Assembly: GCA_965203555.1 (NCBI GenBank)
Contig: CBDBCY010000004.1
Span: forward strand, 320,001-384,000
DNA length: 64,000 nt
Direction: 5' to 3'
DNA from: Acidimicrobiia bacterium
Lineage (GTDB): Bacteria > Actinomycetota > Acidimicrobiia > Spongiisociales > ZC4RG35
Shown in pieces: positions 42,196 through 52,338 of this stretch (positions within the stretch are counted from its first letter, which is position 1; each line of letters opens with the position of its first letter). A program made the translations under genes and the position numbers. Under the pieces are notes generated by a model. The model made no database searches and was not told where the DNA came from. It worked only from the letters and a program-made list of their open reading frames with translations.

Positions 42196-43146
42196 CTAGT
42201 AATCCAGGGTGAGCGTTCGGTGATGCTCTCCCATCCGGCCTGCATCGGGCCCCAGCACCGACTCGAACCACAGGAAGTAGTCAAGGCGCGGCCCGGTGAC
42301 CCGGGCGCCTGCCCGGTTGAGTTCTTCCACCAGCACATGTCCGGCATGGATCGTCGCCCAGCGGATGGCGACTTCCTGATCGGAATGGCGAGAAATCTCA
42401 ACACGGTTGTCAACCATCCGGGACAGTGGCGGCGAGTAGCGTAGCACCCCCAGATGACGCAGGATCCTGGGAAGCATGTAATCGGGATACACCGGGAAGG
42501 AACCCAACCCCGACCAGCGACGCCGGGAACGGGAAGCCATCATGGCCGCCGCCAAGTGGGCGAGCTTGCGGAAGCGAAGGCGGTAGTCGCCCAACACCGC
42601 CTCATCTTCATAACCGGGGATGGTGGAGGCCAGCAATCCGACCACCCGGGGTCCGTCCCACCCCGCCTCTTCCACAAGATTCAGCGCGGCGCCGTCCCAC
42701 CGGTCCGACAGGGAGGAGGCCACCGACGCCAGACGAGCGCCCCGTTGCGGGATCATCTGCAATACGCCTTCCCCGGCAAACAGGTGACGAGCCTCGGCGT
42801 GGGTCAGGTCCGCAAAGCGGCCGAGATCGGGCGTTTGGGAGGGTCCCATCCAAGCAGTGACCGCCCCCAACAGCGCCGGAGCGTCGGTCAGAGTCCTCCC
42901 TCGGTGGACTATGGACCACATGCCGGCGCCGGGGGGAGGCCACAGACAGGCCAGGACCGACACCGCCAGCGCGCAATAATCGAACCAGTGCCCGTCCTGC
43001 AGGTGGGTGGGCGGTCCGGGATAATCGAAGTGGGGAGGTGGGAACGGCCGGTCCCGCCACCGCGCAGCCATCGACGAGATGGCGTCATTCGCCACTTCCA
43101 CCCCCCATTCGACCGGCGGCGGATGCAGACGAAAATCGGTGGACAT
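42196..43146 (-). CDS. Queuosine salvage hydrolase family (DUF2419/Qng1-like)
   Basis: FRKLAHL, PDYMLPRILRHLGVLRYS, EVAIRWATI, LDYFLW, HHRT. Confidence 0.8.
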   Translation of the reverse strand: MSTDFRLHPPPVEWGVEVANDAISSMAARWRDRPFPPPHFDYPGPPTHLQDGHWFDYCALAVSVLACLWPPPGAGMWSIVHRGRTLTDAPALLGAVTAWMGPSQTPDLGRFADLTHAEARHLFAGEGVLQMIPQRGARLASVASSLSDRWDGAALNLVEEAGWDGPRVVGLLASTIPGYEDEAVLGDYRLRFRKLAHLAAAMMASRSRRRWSGLGSFPVYPDYMLPRILRHLGVLRYSPPLSRMVDNRVEISRHSDQEVAIRWATIHAGHVLVEELNRAGARVTGPRLDYFLWFESVLGPDAGRMGEHHRTLTLDY

Positions 43147-43229
43147 GCTCAGAACCGGTACACTATCAGGTTCGGTAAGCTGAATAGCGCAGGGGAGGGC
43201 GAAATCGCAACGCTAACAAGGAGACCTTT

Positions 43230-44252
43230 ATGAAGAAGAGATTAATCGGTCTGTCCGTTTTTGCGGCGCTGTCGCTTCTGGTGGCCGGCTGCGGAGGCGG
43301 AGACGACACTTCCGTGTACCTGGTGTTCGACATAGGAGGGCGGGGCGACCAGTCCTTCAATGACGCCGCCGCCCAGGGCTTGGAGAGGGCAACCGAAGAG
43401 TTGGGGATCACCGCCAATGAACTCGAACCCACCGCCGGGGGAGAGAACCGGGACGAATTGCTCAACCTGTCCGCCGATGACGGCGCACAGTTGGTGTTCG
43501 GAGTAGGTTTTTTGTTTGCCGAGGCCATCGCCGCGGCGGCCGACGCCTATCCCGACACCAATTTCGGTTTGATCGACGGTTTCGTGCCTGATCTGACTGC
43601 CGACAGCAACCTGGTTGCGCTCGGGTTCGCGGAGCACGAGGGATCCTTCCTGGTGGGGGCCGCTGCTGCTCTGAAGACCCAGACCGGAAAGGTGGGCTTC
43701 ATCGGTGGCGTGGAGATCGACCTGATCAAGAAGTTCGAAGCCGGATTCGTCACCGGCGCCCGCCACATCAACCCCGGTATCGAGATCGACATCAAGTACA
43801 TAAGCCAGCCGCCTGACTTCAGCGGGTTCACCGATCCCGCCAAGGGCAAGGAGATCGGCGCCGCTATGTACCAGGCCGGCGCCGATGTCGTTTACCACGC
43901 GGCGGGCGGTTCCGGAGGCGGCCTGTTTCAGGCGGCCAAGGAACACAGTGTCAGCAGCGGCGCTCATATGTGGGCGATCGGCGTGGATTCCGATCAGTAC
44001 CTGACCGCCGGGGCCGAATTCCAGCCACACATCCTCACCTCGATGCTCAAGAGAGTGGATGTGGCGGTCTACGAAACCATCGCAACGCTGGTCGACGACA
44101 GCTTCACAGGCGGTTACCGGACTTTCAACCTTGCCATCGACGGGGTTGGATATGCAACCAGCGGGGGCCATGTGGACGATATCGCCGATCAACTCGAGGA
44201 TCTGAAGGCCCAGATCGTCTCGGGCGCCATCACCGTTCCCGAGTCGCCGTAA
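43230..44252 (+). CDS. BMP-family (nucleoside) ABC substrate-binding lipoprotein
   Basis: Lipobox VAGC, GGRGDQSFN, FAEHEGSFLVG, IGVDSDQ, SMLKRVD. Confidence 0.93.
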   Translation: MKKRLIGLSVFAALSLLVAGCGGGDDTSVYLVFDIGGRGDQSFNDAAAQGLERATEELGITANELEPTAGGENRDELLNLSADDGAQLVFGVGFLFAEAIAAAADAYPDTNFGLIDGFVPDLTADSNLVALGFAEHEGSFLVGAAAALKTQTGKVGFIGGVEIDLIKKFEAGFVTGARHINPGIEIDIKYISQPPDFSGFTDPAKGKEIGAAMYQAGADVVYHAAGGSGGGLFQAAKEHSVSSGAHMWAIGVDSDQYLTAGAEFQPHILTSMLKRVDVAVYETIATLVDDSFTGGYRTFNLAIDGVGYATSGGHVDDIADQLEDLKAQIVSGAITVPESP

Positions 44253-44280
44253 CCCCGACCAGCGACTACAGATAACCTGG

Positions 44281-44322
44281 ACAGGTGGGATGCCTTTCGG
44301 GCGTCCCACCTGTTTTCTTTCT
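44281..44322 (+). terminator. Intrinsic terminator-like hairpin between the binding-protein and ATPase genes
   Basis: ACAGGTGGGATGCC-TTTCG-GGCGTCCCACCTGT followed by a T-rich tract. Confidence 0.8.
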
Positions 44323-44421
44323 CCCATCCGGCCTGAAGAGCATTGACCGGCCGGGCAAAACGTCTTCATGAATCGCCTGTTAAGGGCGTCTTTCGAGAGA
44401 TCGGGTGGTAATGTCCCTCTG

Positions 44422-45930
44422 ATGACTGCGCCCGCCATAGAACTGATTCAGATCACCAAGCGGTATCCGGGAGTGATAGCCAACGACCGGATAAACCTGG
44501 CCGTGCGGGAGGGGGAGATCCATGCGGTGGTGGGAGAGAACGGGGCCGGCAAGTCGACCATGATGAAAATCCTGTACGGGATGGTGATTCCCGACGAGGG
44601 TGAGATTCGCATCGGAGGACGGCAAATCGCCATGTCCTCGGCCCGTGATGCGATCGCAGCGGGGGTCGGGATGGTCCATCAGCACTTCATGCTCGCCGAG
44701 CAGATGACCGTTCTGGAGAACATCATCCTGGGTGCCGAGCCTCGAAACGGTCTCAGAGTCGACTTCGAGGAGGCCAAGCGGCGCATCGCGGAGATAGCCA
44801 GAGAGGGTGCCCTTGAACCCGACAGCTTGGTAGAGGAACTCTCGGTGGGGGAGAAGCAACGGGTGGAAATCACCAAGGTGCTCTTCCGGGGCGCCAAGAT
44901 ACTCATTCTCGACGAGCCCACCGCGGTACTGGTGCCCCAAGAAGTGGAAGAGTTGTTCCAATCGCTGAGGGAACTCCGGGAGAGGGGAGTGACCATCATA
45001 TTCATCTCCCACAAACTCGACGAAGTGCTGGACATCGCCGACCGGATCACCGTCATCCGGGCGGGGCGCACCGTGGCCAGCGTTGACCCCCGTCAGACTT
45101 CCACGCGGATGCTGGCCGAACTGATGGTAGGCGCCGAACTTCCCACCCCCGATATCCGGGAGTCGACGGTGATGTCCGAAGTGCTCCTGGAGGCCGAGGG
45201 TCTTGGTTCGCTGTCAGAGGAAGGGGACCGATGGGTGATCGAAGATGTCAGTTTCAAGATACGACGCGGTGAGGTGCTGGGGATCGCGGGAGTGGAGGGG
45301 AACGGCCAGGGGGAATTAGTGGAAGTGCTGGTAGGTACCCGGCCCGCCGACGCCGGACGGGTGTCGCTAAACGGCGAGGAAATCACCGCCCTGTCCACTC
45401 TGCGACGCAGAGCGTCCGGCATCGGTCTGATCCCCGCCGACCGACACGGGCAGGGCCTGTTGCTGGAGGCGCCCCTGTGGGAAAACACCATGCTGGGACA
45501 CCAGGGTCGTCCGCCATTCTCGCGAGGATTCCTGGTGGACCGGAACGGCGCCCGGGGAAGAACCGGGGAAGTGGTGGAAGCCTTCGACGTGCGCACTCCG
45601 GGTGTGGATGTCAAGATCCATGCCCTCTCCGGGGGCAACCAGCAAAAGCTCTTGGTGGGAAAGGAGATGCTCGCCACGCCCCAGGTCCTGTTGGCGTCCC
45701 ATCTCACCCGAGGGATCGACGTGGGCGCCCAGGCGCAGGTCTGGGAGAGCATCCGGACCGCTCGCTCCGAGGGCTTGGGGGTGCTCCTGATCTCCGCCGA
45801 CCTCGATGAATTGATCGGCCTGTCCGACACTCTGATGGTGATCCTGCGGGGACGACTGGTCGCCACCCTGGATCCCCGTTCCATCACCCCCGCCCAATTG
45901 GGTTCCTACATGACGGGCGCCGCGCAGTGA
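44422..45930 (+). CDS. CUT2-type ABC ATPase (two ABC domains)
   Basis: GENGAGKS, LSVGEKQR, LSGGNQQK, TRGIDVGA. Confidence 0.94.
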   Translation: MTAPAIELIQITKRYPGVIANDRINLAVREGEIHAVVGENGAGKSTMMKILYGMVIPDEGEIRIGGRQIAMSSARDAIAAGVGMVHQHFMLAEQMTVLENIILGAEPRNGLRVDFEEAKRRIAEIAREGALEPDSLVEELSVGEKQRVEITKVLFRGAKILILDEPTAVLVPQEVEELFQSLRELRERGVTIIFISHKLDEVLDIADRITVIRAGRTVASVDPRQTSTRMLAELMVGAELPTPDIRESTVMSEVLLEAEGLGSLSEEGDRWVIEDVSFKIRRGEVLGIAGVEGNGQGELVEVLVGTRPADAGRVSLNGEEITALSTLRRRASGIGLIPADRHGQGLLLEAPLWENTMLGHQGRPPFSRGFLVDRNGARGRTGEVVEAFDVRTPGVDVKIHALSGGNQQKLLVGKEMLATPQVLLASHLTRGIDVGAQAQVWESIRTARSEGLGVLLISADLDELIGLSDTLMVILRGRLVATLDPRSITPAQLGSYMTGAAQ

Positions 45931-47033
45931 AAGCCAACCGCCGACTGGTTTACGCCGTGGTCTCTCCGATTCTGGCGATTCTGTTCGCCTTGGCGGTCTC
46001 GGGAGTGATCCTGGCGGCTTCCGGCAACAACCCTTTCGAAGCCTACGGCCAGATGTTCGAATACGGCATCCGGATCGACTCGCTCGCTTCGGCGGTGAAC
46101 CGGGCGGTCCCCCTGTATTTCTCGGCGATGGCAGTGGCGTTGGGCTTCAAGATGGGTCTGTTCAACATCGGCGTGGAAGGCCAGTACCGGATCGCGGTGC
46201 TGATCGCGGCGGCGGTGGGAGGGGCGATTGTCCTCCCCGCTCCGCTTCATGTCCTGGTGATCATGGCTACGGCCATGGCAGTGGGAGCTATCTGGTCGGG
46301 ATTCGCCGGCTACCTGAAAGTGAAGAGGGGGGTGCATGAGGTGATCTCCACCATCATGTTGAATTACATCGCTACCGGACTGGGGGCGTTCCTGCTGGCC
46401 AACTGGCTCCGGCAGGAGAACCCTCCCGGCGACCTGGTCATCAAGACCCCCGAGATCCCCCCCTCGGGTCGCCTTCCGTCGCTGAATCCCCTGCTTGAGT
46501 TGGTGGGTCTCGACCCCGGACGGGTAAGTCTGTATGGAATGACGGTGCTGGCGGTGGTAGCCGGGGTGGGATTCCATCTGCTGGTGAATCACACCCGCTT
46601 CGGGTTCGAATTGCGGGCCTCGGGAGAGAGCCCTGGAGCGGCCAAGATGGCCGGAATCCATCCCAGGAAGATGGTGGTGCTCACCATGGTGATCAGCGGC
46701 GGCATCGCCGGTCTGGTGGGAATGGCCCATCTGCTGGGGTTCTTTCACCGTTACAGTATCGACTTCCCGACCATGCTGGGATTCACAGGAATAGCAGTGG
46801 CGCTGTTGGGCCGCAATCATCCGGTGGGGATGGCTGGCGGGGCTCTTCTGTTCGGATGGTTCGACCGGGCCACACAGATCCTTGATCTTCGCGGCATCCC
46901 CAAAGAAATAGTTTTCATCCTGCAGGGCGTGATCCTCCTATCGGTGGTGGTTGCCTATGCGGTGGTGGAAGTGCGGACCCGGGCCGCCGAGAGTCGGGCG
47001 GTCACCGGGGCCTTGGAAGGAGAGGAATCGTGA
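45927..47033 (+). CDS. Nucleoside-type ABC permease
   Basis: GLFNIGVEGQ, EVISTIMLNY, GFTGIAVALLGRNHP. Confidence 0.92.
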   Translation: MKANRRLVYAVVSPILAILFALAVSGVILAASGNNPFEAYGQMFEYGIRIDSLASAVNRAVPLYFSAMAVALGFKMGLFNIGVEGQYRIAVLIAAAVGGAIVLPAPLHVLVIMATAMAVGAIWSGFAGYLKVKRGVHEVISTIMLNYIATGLGAFLLANWLRQENPPGDLVIKTPEIPPSGRLPSLNPLLELVGLDPGRVSLYGMTVLAVVAGVGFHLLVNHTRFGFELRASGESPGAAKMAGIHPRKMVVLTMVISGGIAGLVGMAHLLGFFHRYSIDFPTMLGFTGIAVALLGRNHPVGMAGGALLFGWFDRATQILDLRGIPKEIVFILQGVILLSVVVAYAVVEVRTRAAESRAVTGALEGEES

Positions 47034-48295
47034 CCTCTCTCCTGTCTCCCCGGGAACGGATGTTGCAGTCCAACCGCTGGCTGTGGCTCGGCCTGGCCGT
47101 GGTAATCGCCCTCTCCCTCACCCGGATCCTGGCCGGTACGCCCGATCTCACATCCAGCGGCACCTTCGGAGCGGCGCTTCGGCTAGGAACCCCGATCTTC
47201 CTGGCAGGCTTGGGTGGGGTATACGCCGAACGGGTGGGAATAGTCAACATCGGACTGGAGGGCATGCTGATCCTCGGCACCTGGTTCGGGGCGTGGGCCG
47301 GATGGCATTGGGGGCCCTGGACCGGTTTGGCGGTGGGAGTGCTGGCCGGGATGTTGGGTGGGTTGCTTCATGCGCTGGCGACGGTCACTTTCAATGTGGA
47401 TCACATCGTTTCGGGAGTGGCTATCAACATCCTTGCCTTTGGGGGGATGAGGTTCCTGTCGGTCGTGACCTATGGACCCGATACGGGGGGTGGAGCCACC
47501 CAGTCACCTCCCATCTCCGATGTGATCGGGAAGGCCTCCCTGCCGGTTCTCTCCGGCGGAGAGATCCTGGGTTGGGAGAGTCCCGACTGGCTGGGAACCC
47601 TGGAATCCCAACATTGGTTCTTCCTATCGGACCTGGCCGGACTGCTGCGCGGTCTGAGCATAGACGTCTCCTGGGCCGTTATCCTGGCGATGGCCCTGGT
47701 GCCGACATCCTGGTGGTTCCTGTGGAAGACTCCGCTGGGGCTGAGGATGCGATCGGTGGGAGAGCATCCGGTCGCAGCCGAGTCGCTGGGCGTGGACGTT
47801 TACCGGATGAAGTATCTGGGTGTGATCCTCTCCGGCGGCATGGCCGGACTGGGCGGGGCGATGCTGGTCACCGAATTCGCCCGTATCTACCGGGAGGGTC
47901 AGACCGGCGGGAGAGGGTTCATCGGCCTGGCTTCGATGATCATGGGCAACTGGCGTCCCGGAGGCGCCGCCGCCGCCGGCGGGTTGTTCGGGTTCACCTT
48001 CGCCTTGGAACTGCGTGACGAACCGGCGGTCCACGCTCTCCTGCTGCTGATTGCCCTGACCGGATTCGGCCTGGGGATCTGGCTGGGCTACCGCCGGAGT
48101 TGGATTCCGGCCGTGTGGCTGGTGGGGACCGCGGTGACGGCGCTGGTCGTCTTCCTATCCACCGACTCCATCCCCCGCGAATTCGTGTTCATCACCCCCT
48201 ATCTCACCACCCTGGTGGTCATGGCGCTGGCGTCCCAGCATCTGCGGATGCCGGCCGCCGACGGACGACCGTACCGCCGGGGACAGCAGTTGTGA
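47030..48295 (+). CDS. Nucleoside-type ABC permease
   Basis: ERVGIVNIGLEG, SVGEHPVAAESLG, GRGFIGLA. Confidence 0.92.
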   Translation: MTSLLSPRERMLQSNRWLWLGLAVVIALSLTRILAGTPDLTSSGTFGAALRLGTPIFLAGLGGVYAERVGIVNIGLEGMLILGTWFGAWAGWHWGPWTGLAVGVLAGMLGGLLHALATVTFNVDHIVSGVAINILAFGGMRFLSVVTYGPDTGGGATQSPPISDVIGKASLPVLSGGEILGWESPDWLGTLESQHWFFLSDLAGLLRGLSIDVSWAVILAMALVPTSWWFLWKTPLGLRMRSVGEHPVAAESLGVDVYRMKYLGVILSGGMAGLGGAMLVTEFARIYREGQTGGRGFIGLASMIMGNWRPGGAAAAGGLFGFTFALELRDEPAVHALLLLIALTGFGLGIWLGYRRSWIPAVWLVGTAVTALVVFLSTDSIPREFVFITPYLTTLVVMALASQHLRMPAADGRPYRRGQQL

Positions 48296-49524
48296 GCGTT
48301 CGTTTCGATCCGTACAGTCCCGAATTCATCTCCAATCCCTATCCCGTCTACGCCGCCCTACGCCGGGAGCAACCTATTTTCCACGATCAGCGGTGGAATC
48401 TCACCTTCTTCGCCCGGCACGCCGACGTGGCGCCGATGCTCAGGGATCGGCGCTTCGGGAGGGACATCCGCCATGTCCCTGAAGCAGCCGCTCAGGTGGA
48501 TCCACTGGTGTACGAGCGGATTTACCCGCCCCAGTACCCTATGTGGACCCGGCTGATCCGAGACTCCTTCATCGACCTGGAACCTCCCCGCCACACCCGG
48601 ATCCGCCGCCTGGTGCAGTGGGCCTTCACCCGCCGCGCTTCGCGAAGCTACCGGCGGAGGATGGAAGCCGAAGCGCACCGACGGCTGGATATGGCGCAAC
48701 AGACCGGGCAGATGGATGCCATCGCCGAATACGCCACGCCCATTCCGCTGGTGATGATCGCCGAACTCATGGGGGTACCGTCGGCCGATCAGCCCCGGTT
48801 GGTGGAATGGTCACATCGCATAGTGCGGATGTTCGACGAGGGTTGTACGTCGGAGGAGGGGCAGTCGGCCGAACAGGCCGTCCTCGCCTTCAGTGACTAT
48901 ATGGGGGAGTTGATCGCCTTCCACCGCAGCCGCCCCGCGGACAACCTCCTTTCGCATCTGATCCGGGCCACCCACGAAGGAGATGTTCTCACCGAGGAGG
49001 AACTGATCTCCACCGCCATCCTGGTGCTCAACGCCGGGCACGAGGCCACCGTGCAGGCGATCGGCAACGGCCTGATGGCGCTGTCCGTCCATCCCGACCA
49101 GTGGCGACGCTGGCAGACTGATCGCAGTATCACCCCGACCGCCGTGGAAGAGTTGCTCCGCTGGGACACGCCGCTGCAGATGTTCGAGAGGTGGGTAACC
49201 GAGGATCTGGACTGGAAGGGAGTCAAGCTTGGGGCCGGATCCAAGGTGGGATTGCTGTTCGGGTCAGCCAACCGTGATCCGGAGTCGTTCCACCGACCCG
49301 ACCGTCTCGATCTGGGACGGATGCCCAACCCCCATGTGTCATTCGGGGGAGGGGTGCACTTTTGCGTGGGAGCGTCATTGGCGCGGGAGGAGCTGAAGGT
49401 GGCGTTCGAAGTCCTGCTGGACCGGCTTCGAAGCTTCAGACTTCACGACACGCCTCGAAAACGCATTCCCAGCCTGGTTTTTCGGGGCGTGCAGCAACTG
49501 CCCATGGACCTGGAGTTCGTCTAG
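48292..49524 (+). CDS. Cytochrome P450
   Basis: EPPRHTRIR, NAGHEAT, EELLR, HVSFGGGVHFCVG; GTG overlaps the permease stop. Confidence 0.95.
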   Translation: MSVRFDPYSPEFISNPYPVYAALRREQPIFHDQRWNLTFFARHADVAPMLRDRRFGRDIRHVPEAAAQVDPLVYERIYPPQYPMWTRLIRDSFIDLEPPRHTRIRRLVQWAFTRRASRSYRRRMEAEAHRRLDMAQQTGQMDAIAEYATPIPLVMIAELMGVPSADQPRLVEWSHRIVRMFDEGCTSEEGQSAEQAVLAFSDYMGELIAFHRSRPADNLLSHLIRATHEGDVLTEEELISTAILVLNAGHEATVQAIGNGLMALSVHPDQWRRWQTDRSITPTAVEELLRWDTPLQMFERWVTEDLDWKGVKLGAGSKVGLLFGSANRDPESFHRPDRLDLGRMPNPHVSFGGGVHFCVGASLAREELKVAFEVLLDRLRSFRLHDTPRKRIPSLVFRGVQQLPMDLEFV

Positions 49525-50447
49525 GAAGCGGCCGCGGTGGTGGTTGTCTCCACGCTGATTGGAGCGGCCGGGTAGCCGATCACATTGACACCCTGCACCG
49601 CCAACTCCTTGTAGACGGTGCCGTTTCGGACCTCGGCGTCATACACGGTGGTGATGGTCAGGGTCAACTGGTTTGTCCTCAGGATGGCCAGGTCCACGAT
49701 CTGGGAACCGGGACGATCCACCAGGTTGAGGGGGACCGCCACGCCGCTGTCGCTTCCCGCTTCCATGGTCCGCACTCGGAAGTTCTGGTAGAAGCGGGTG
49801 TCATCGGCGAGGTTCACCCATTCCAATCTTCTCACCGTGATGGGCTGCTCAAAGACCAGTTTGATGGTGACTTGAGTGCCGGGGGTGATATCCGTCCAGC
49901 GGATCTGCCACTCCCCGCTCTTGCCGTTGATCAGATTGTCGCAGGAGTAGTTGGCGCCCAGACCCTCGGGGGAACACTGCACACTCAGCACACCCTGGGT
50001 GGTGGGAATCGGAGGGGGAGTAGTGGTGGTGGTGCTGGACGCGGTGGTCTCGGTAGCCTCGGCATCTGCTGGTTCTCCTTCCGAACCTCCCGTGAAGAGA
50101 TTGAAGAGCAGCGCGAAAACTGCCACGGCCAGAATGGTGGTTCCGGTGGCGATCACCGCGCGGACCCGGGCATTGGTCCGGATAGCCGGCCGGGGCGCGA
50201 GGGGCATGTCCGAATGGCTCAGCCTGATGTGGCATTGCTCGCAGCTTTGCCGGTTGGGAGGATTGAGGTGGCCGCACAGCGAGCAGGCCACCAGATTGTG
50301 GGTGGGTGGATAGTCGGTCGGGGAATCGGCAGGAGAGAGTTCCTCCCCGGACACCGACGGAGCAACCCTCTCCAATAGAGCACCACACGAGGAGCAAAAA
50401 TCAGCGTCGCCTACGTCGGCGCCGCATCGACCGCAAATCTGTCGCAT
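49521..50447 (-). CDS. Zinc-ribbon membrane protein with Thr-rich linker and discoidin-like C-terminal domain
   Basis: Four CxxC pairs, one TM helix, poly-Thr, NLINGK..W..IKLVF beta-sandwich-like tail. Confidence 0.7.
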   Translation of the reverse strand: MRQICGRCGADVGDADFCSSCGALLERVAPSVSGEELSPADSPTDYPPTHNLVACSLCGHLNPPNRQSCEQCHIRLSHSDMPLAPRPAIRTNARVRAVIATGTTILAVAVFALLFNLFTGGSEGEPADAEATETTASSTTTTTPPPIPTTQGVLSVQCSPEGLGANYSCDNLINGKSGEWQIRWTDITPGTQVTIKLVFEQPITVRRLEWVNLADDTRFYQNFRVRTMEAGSDSGVAVPLNLVDRPGSQIVDLAILRTNQLTLTITTVYDAEVRNGTVYKELAVQGVNVIGYPAAPISVETTTTAAAS

Positions 50448-50596
50448 ATCTGGTTTATTCTGGCAGAACCCGTGGGTGAGTCGGTTTATTTCCCAGCCTG
50501 TGGAAATAGTAGTGCGCTGCGGCCCCAACCTGGCGGAACCCGTTGCACAAGCGATACTTTTATCCACGCCGACGCCGTTTTGCTAGCCTGAAAACC

Positions 50597-51661
50597 GTGT
50601 TGGAAGACCATTCTTCCCAAGAGGTAGTGGAAAGATTGTTTTCGCATCGTCCCATCCGGGACGGGCTGGAGAGAATCCTGCAGGCGAGGGAGGGCGCCCT
50701 GATCGTTCTGGGAACCAACCTGGCCTTGGGAGACATCAGCGTGGACGGTTTGGACCTGACCGCCGCCGGCCTGGACGCGGCCCGCTTGGCGGAGGTGGCG
50801 AAAATGGACGGGGCGATCATCCTGGACAACGAATGGCGGATGATCCTCACCGCCAACGCCCACCTGGCCCCTCCTCCCAACATTCCAACCACCGAATCGG
50901 GCGCCCGCCACCGCACCGCCCAGCGGGTGGCTCAGATCACCGGCCTTCCGGTCGTCACGGTGAGCAAGGACCGGGCGGTGGTCACCCTTTATATCAACGC
51001 CGAACAGGTCGATCTCACCCCGCGCTGGACAATCCGCAAGAGAATCCTGAGGCAACTGCAGATACTGGTGGAGTTGCGCAAACGCTTCGACGAAGCGGAC
51101 GAGCGTCTGCTGCGAATGGAGTTGTTGGGCCTGGTCACCGCCCGGGAGGTGGCCCATGTGGTCCGGATGGGGGAGATGGTGGCCAGAGCCGCCTCCGCTA
51201 TCGAGACCATGCTGGCCGACTCCGTCCAGGATCCTTCCGCCACGGAGGCGTTACTGGCCGACCGGGTATTCGAGGTGGAGCGGTTGGTCCGGATAACGCT
51301 GAGCGACTATCTCGCCGATGATGCGGAAGCCGCTCGGGCAAAGCTGGCCGGGTTGCCCAACCATCAACTGGCTCACACCTGGCTGGTCGTCGCTGAACTG
51401 GGGTTGGACAAGTCGGAGGATGGTTTGATCCCCCGGGGGAACCGCTTGCTTTACCAGTCCGGATTCAATTCCGAGTATCTGAGGACCCTTCTGTTCGGCG
51501 CCTATCCCGACGCTCAGAAGATGCTGCACAGTTCCGTGGAAGGATTTATGGAAGTCAAGGGAATTGGCATCAAGAACGCCACCCGGCTGAGATTCGGCTT
51601 TGACCGCTTACTGGCCTCGGTGCACCCCATCGGACAGCGTGCGATAACCGATCACAACTGA
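50597..51661 (+). CDS. disA: DisA-like diadenylate cyclase / DNA integrity scanning protein
   Basis: AKMDGAIIL, TESGARHRTA, C-terminal HhH VKGIG; start chosen from TAGCCT 7 nt upstream. Confidence 0.82.
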   Translation: MLEDHSSQEVVERLFSHRPIRDGLERILQAREGALIVLGTNLALGDISVDGLDLTAAGLDAARLAEVAKMDGAIILDNEWRMILTANAHLAPPPNIPTTESGARHRTAQRVAQITGLPVVTVSKDRAVVTLYINAEQVDLTPRWTIRKRILRQLQILVELRKRFDEADERLLRMELLGLVTAREVAHVVRMGEMVARAASAIETMLADSVQDPSATEALLADRVFEVERLVRITLSDYLADDAEAARAKLAGLPNHQLAHTWLVVAELGLDKSEDGLIPRGNRLLYQSGFNSEYLRTLLFGAYPDAQKMLHSSVEGFMEVKGIGIKNATRLRFGFDRLLASVHPIGQRAITDHN

Positions 51662-51687
51662 CTGTGCCAACCGTATACTCGGCCGCT

Positions 51688-52338
51688 ATGGCGCAGAGGA
51701 AACCCAGAAGGAGACAACCGGCCAGAGGCAGAGTGCCGCCCGGCAAGCCTTCCGGTCGCAAACGCAAACCCAAGTCGCCTCCGCGCCACGCCCGGGGCGC
51801 GGCCGGTTCGGCGGCGGTTTCCCCCAGTCGGGCGCCCAAATACAAGAAAGGCGACTACGTGGTCCACATCCAGCATGGGGTGGCCCACATCTCCGACATC
51901 CAGACCAAGACCGACTTCGGCGAAGAACAGGAATACTTCGTTTTGAACTTTCCTACCGAAGAGATGGTGATCAGCGTCCCGACCAACAAGACTCTTTTCA
52001 CCATTCGCCCCCTGATCAACAAGACCGAGGCGGCCCGGGTTGTCCGAAAACTCAAAGAAGAACCCCAGGAGTCGGGCGCTAACTGGAGTCGCTGGTACAA
52101 AGTGCTACAGGAAAAGATGTACTCGGGAGACATCTTCCAAGTGGCGGAAGTCGTGAGAGACCTCAACTATTCGAACCAGACCAAAGGTATCTCGCCGGCG
52201 CTGAAAAAGATGCTCAACCGGGCCCGGAGCGCTTTGATAACCGAAGTCCGTTTTTCGCTGGGTCTGGACGCCGAAGCTGCTGAAACGAAGATCAACCGGG
52301 CACTGCCCACTTTTGAGCCTATATCCCGCAAGAAATGA
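51688..52338 (+). CDS. carD: CarD-family RNA polymerase-binding factor with basic N-terminal extension
   Basis: YKKGDYVVHIQHGVAHI, NWSRWYK, AEVVRDL; TATACT 8 nt before ATG. Confidence 0.88.
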   Translation: MAQRKPRRRQPARGRVPPGKPSGRKRKPKSPPRHARGAAGSAAVSPSRAPKYKKGDYVVHIQHGVAHISDIQTKTDFGEEQEYFVLNFPTEEMVISVPTNKTLFTIRPLINKTEAARVVRKLKEEPQESGANWSRWYKVLQEKMYSGDIFQVAEVVRDLNYSNQTKGISPALKKMLNRARSALITEVRFSLGLDAEAAETKINRALPTFEPISRKK

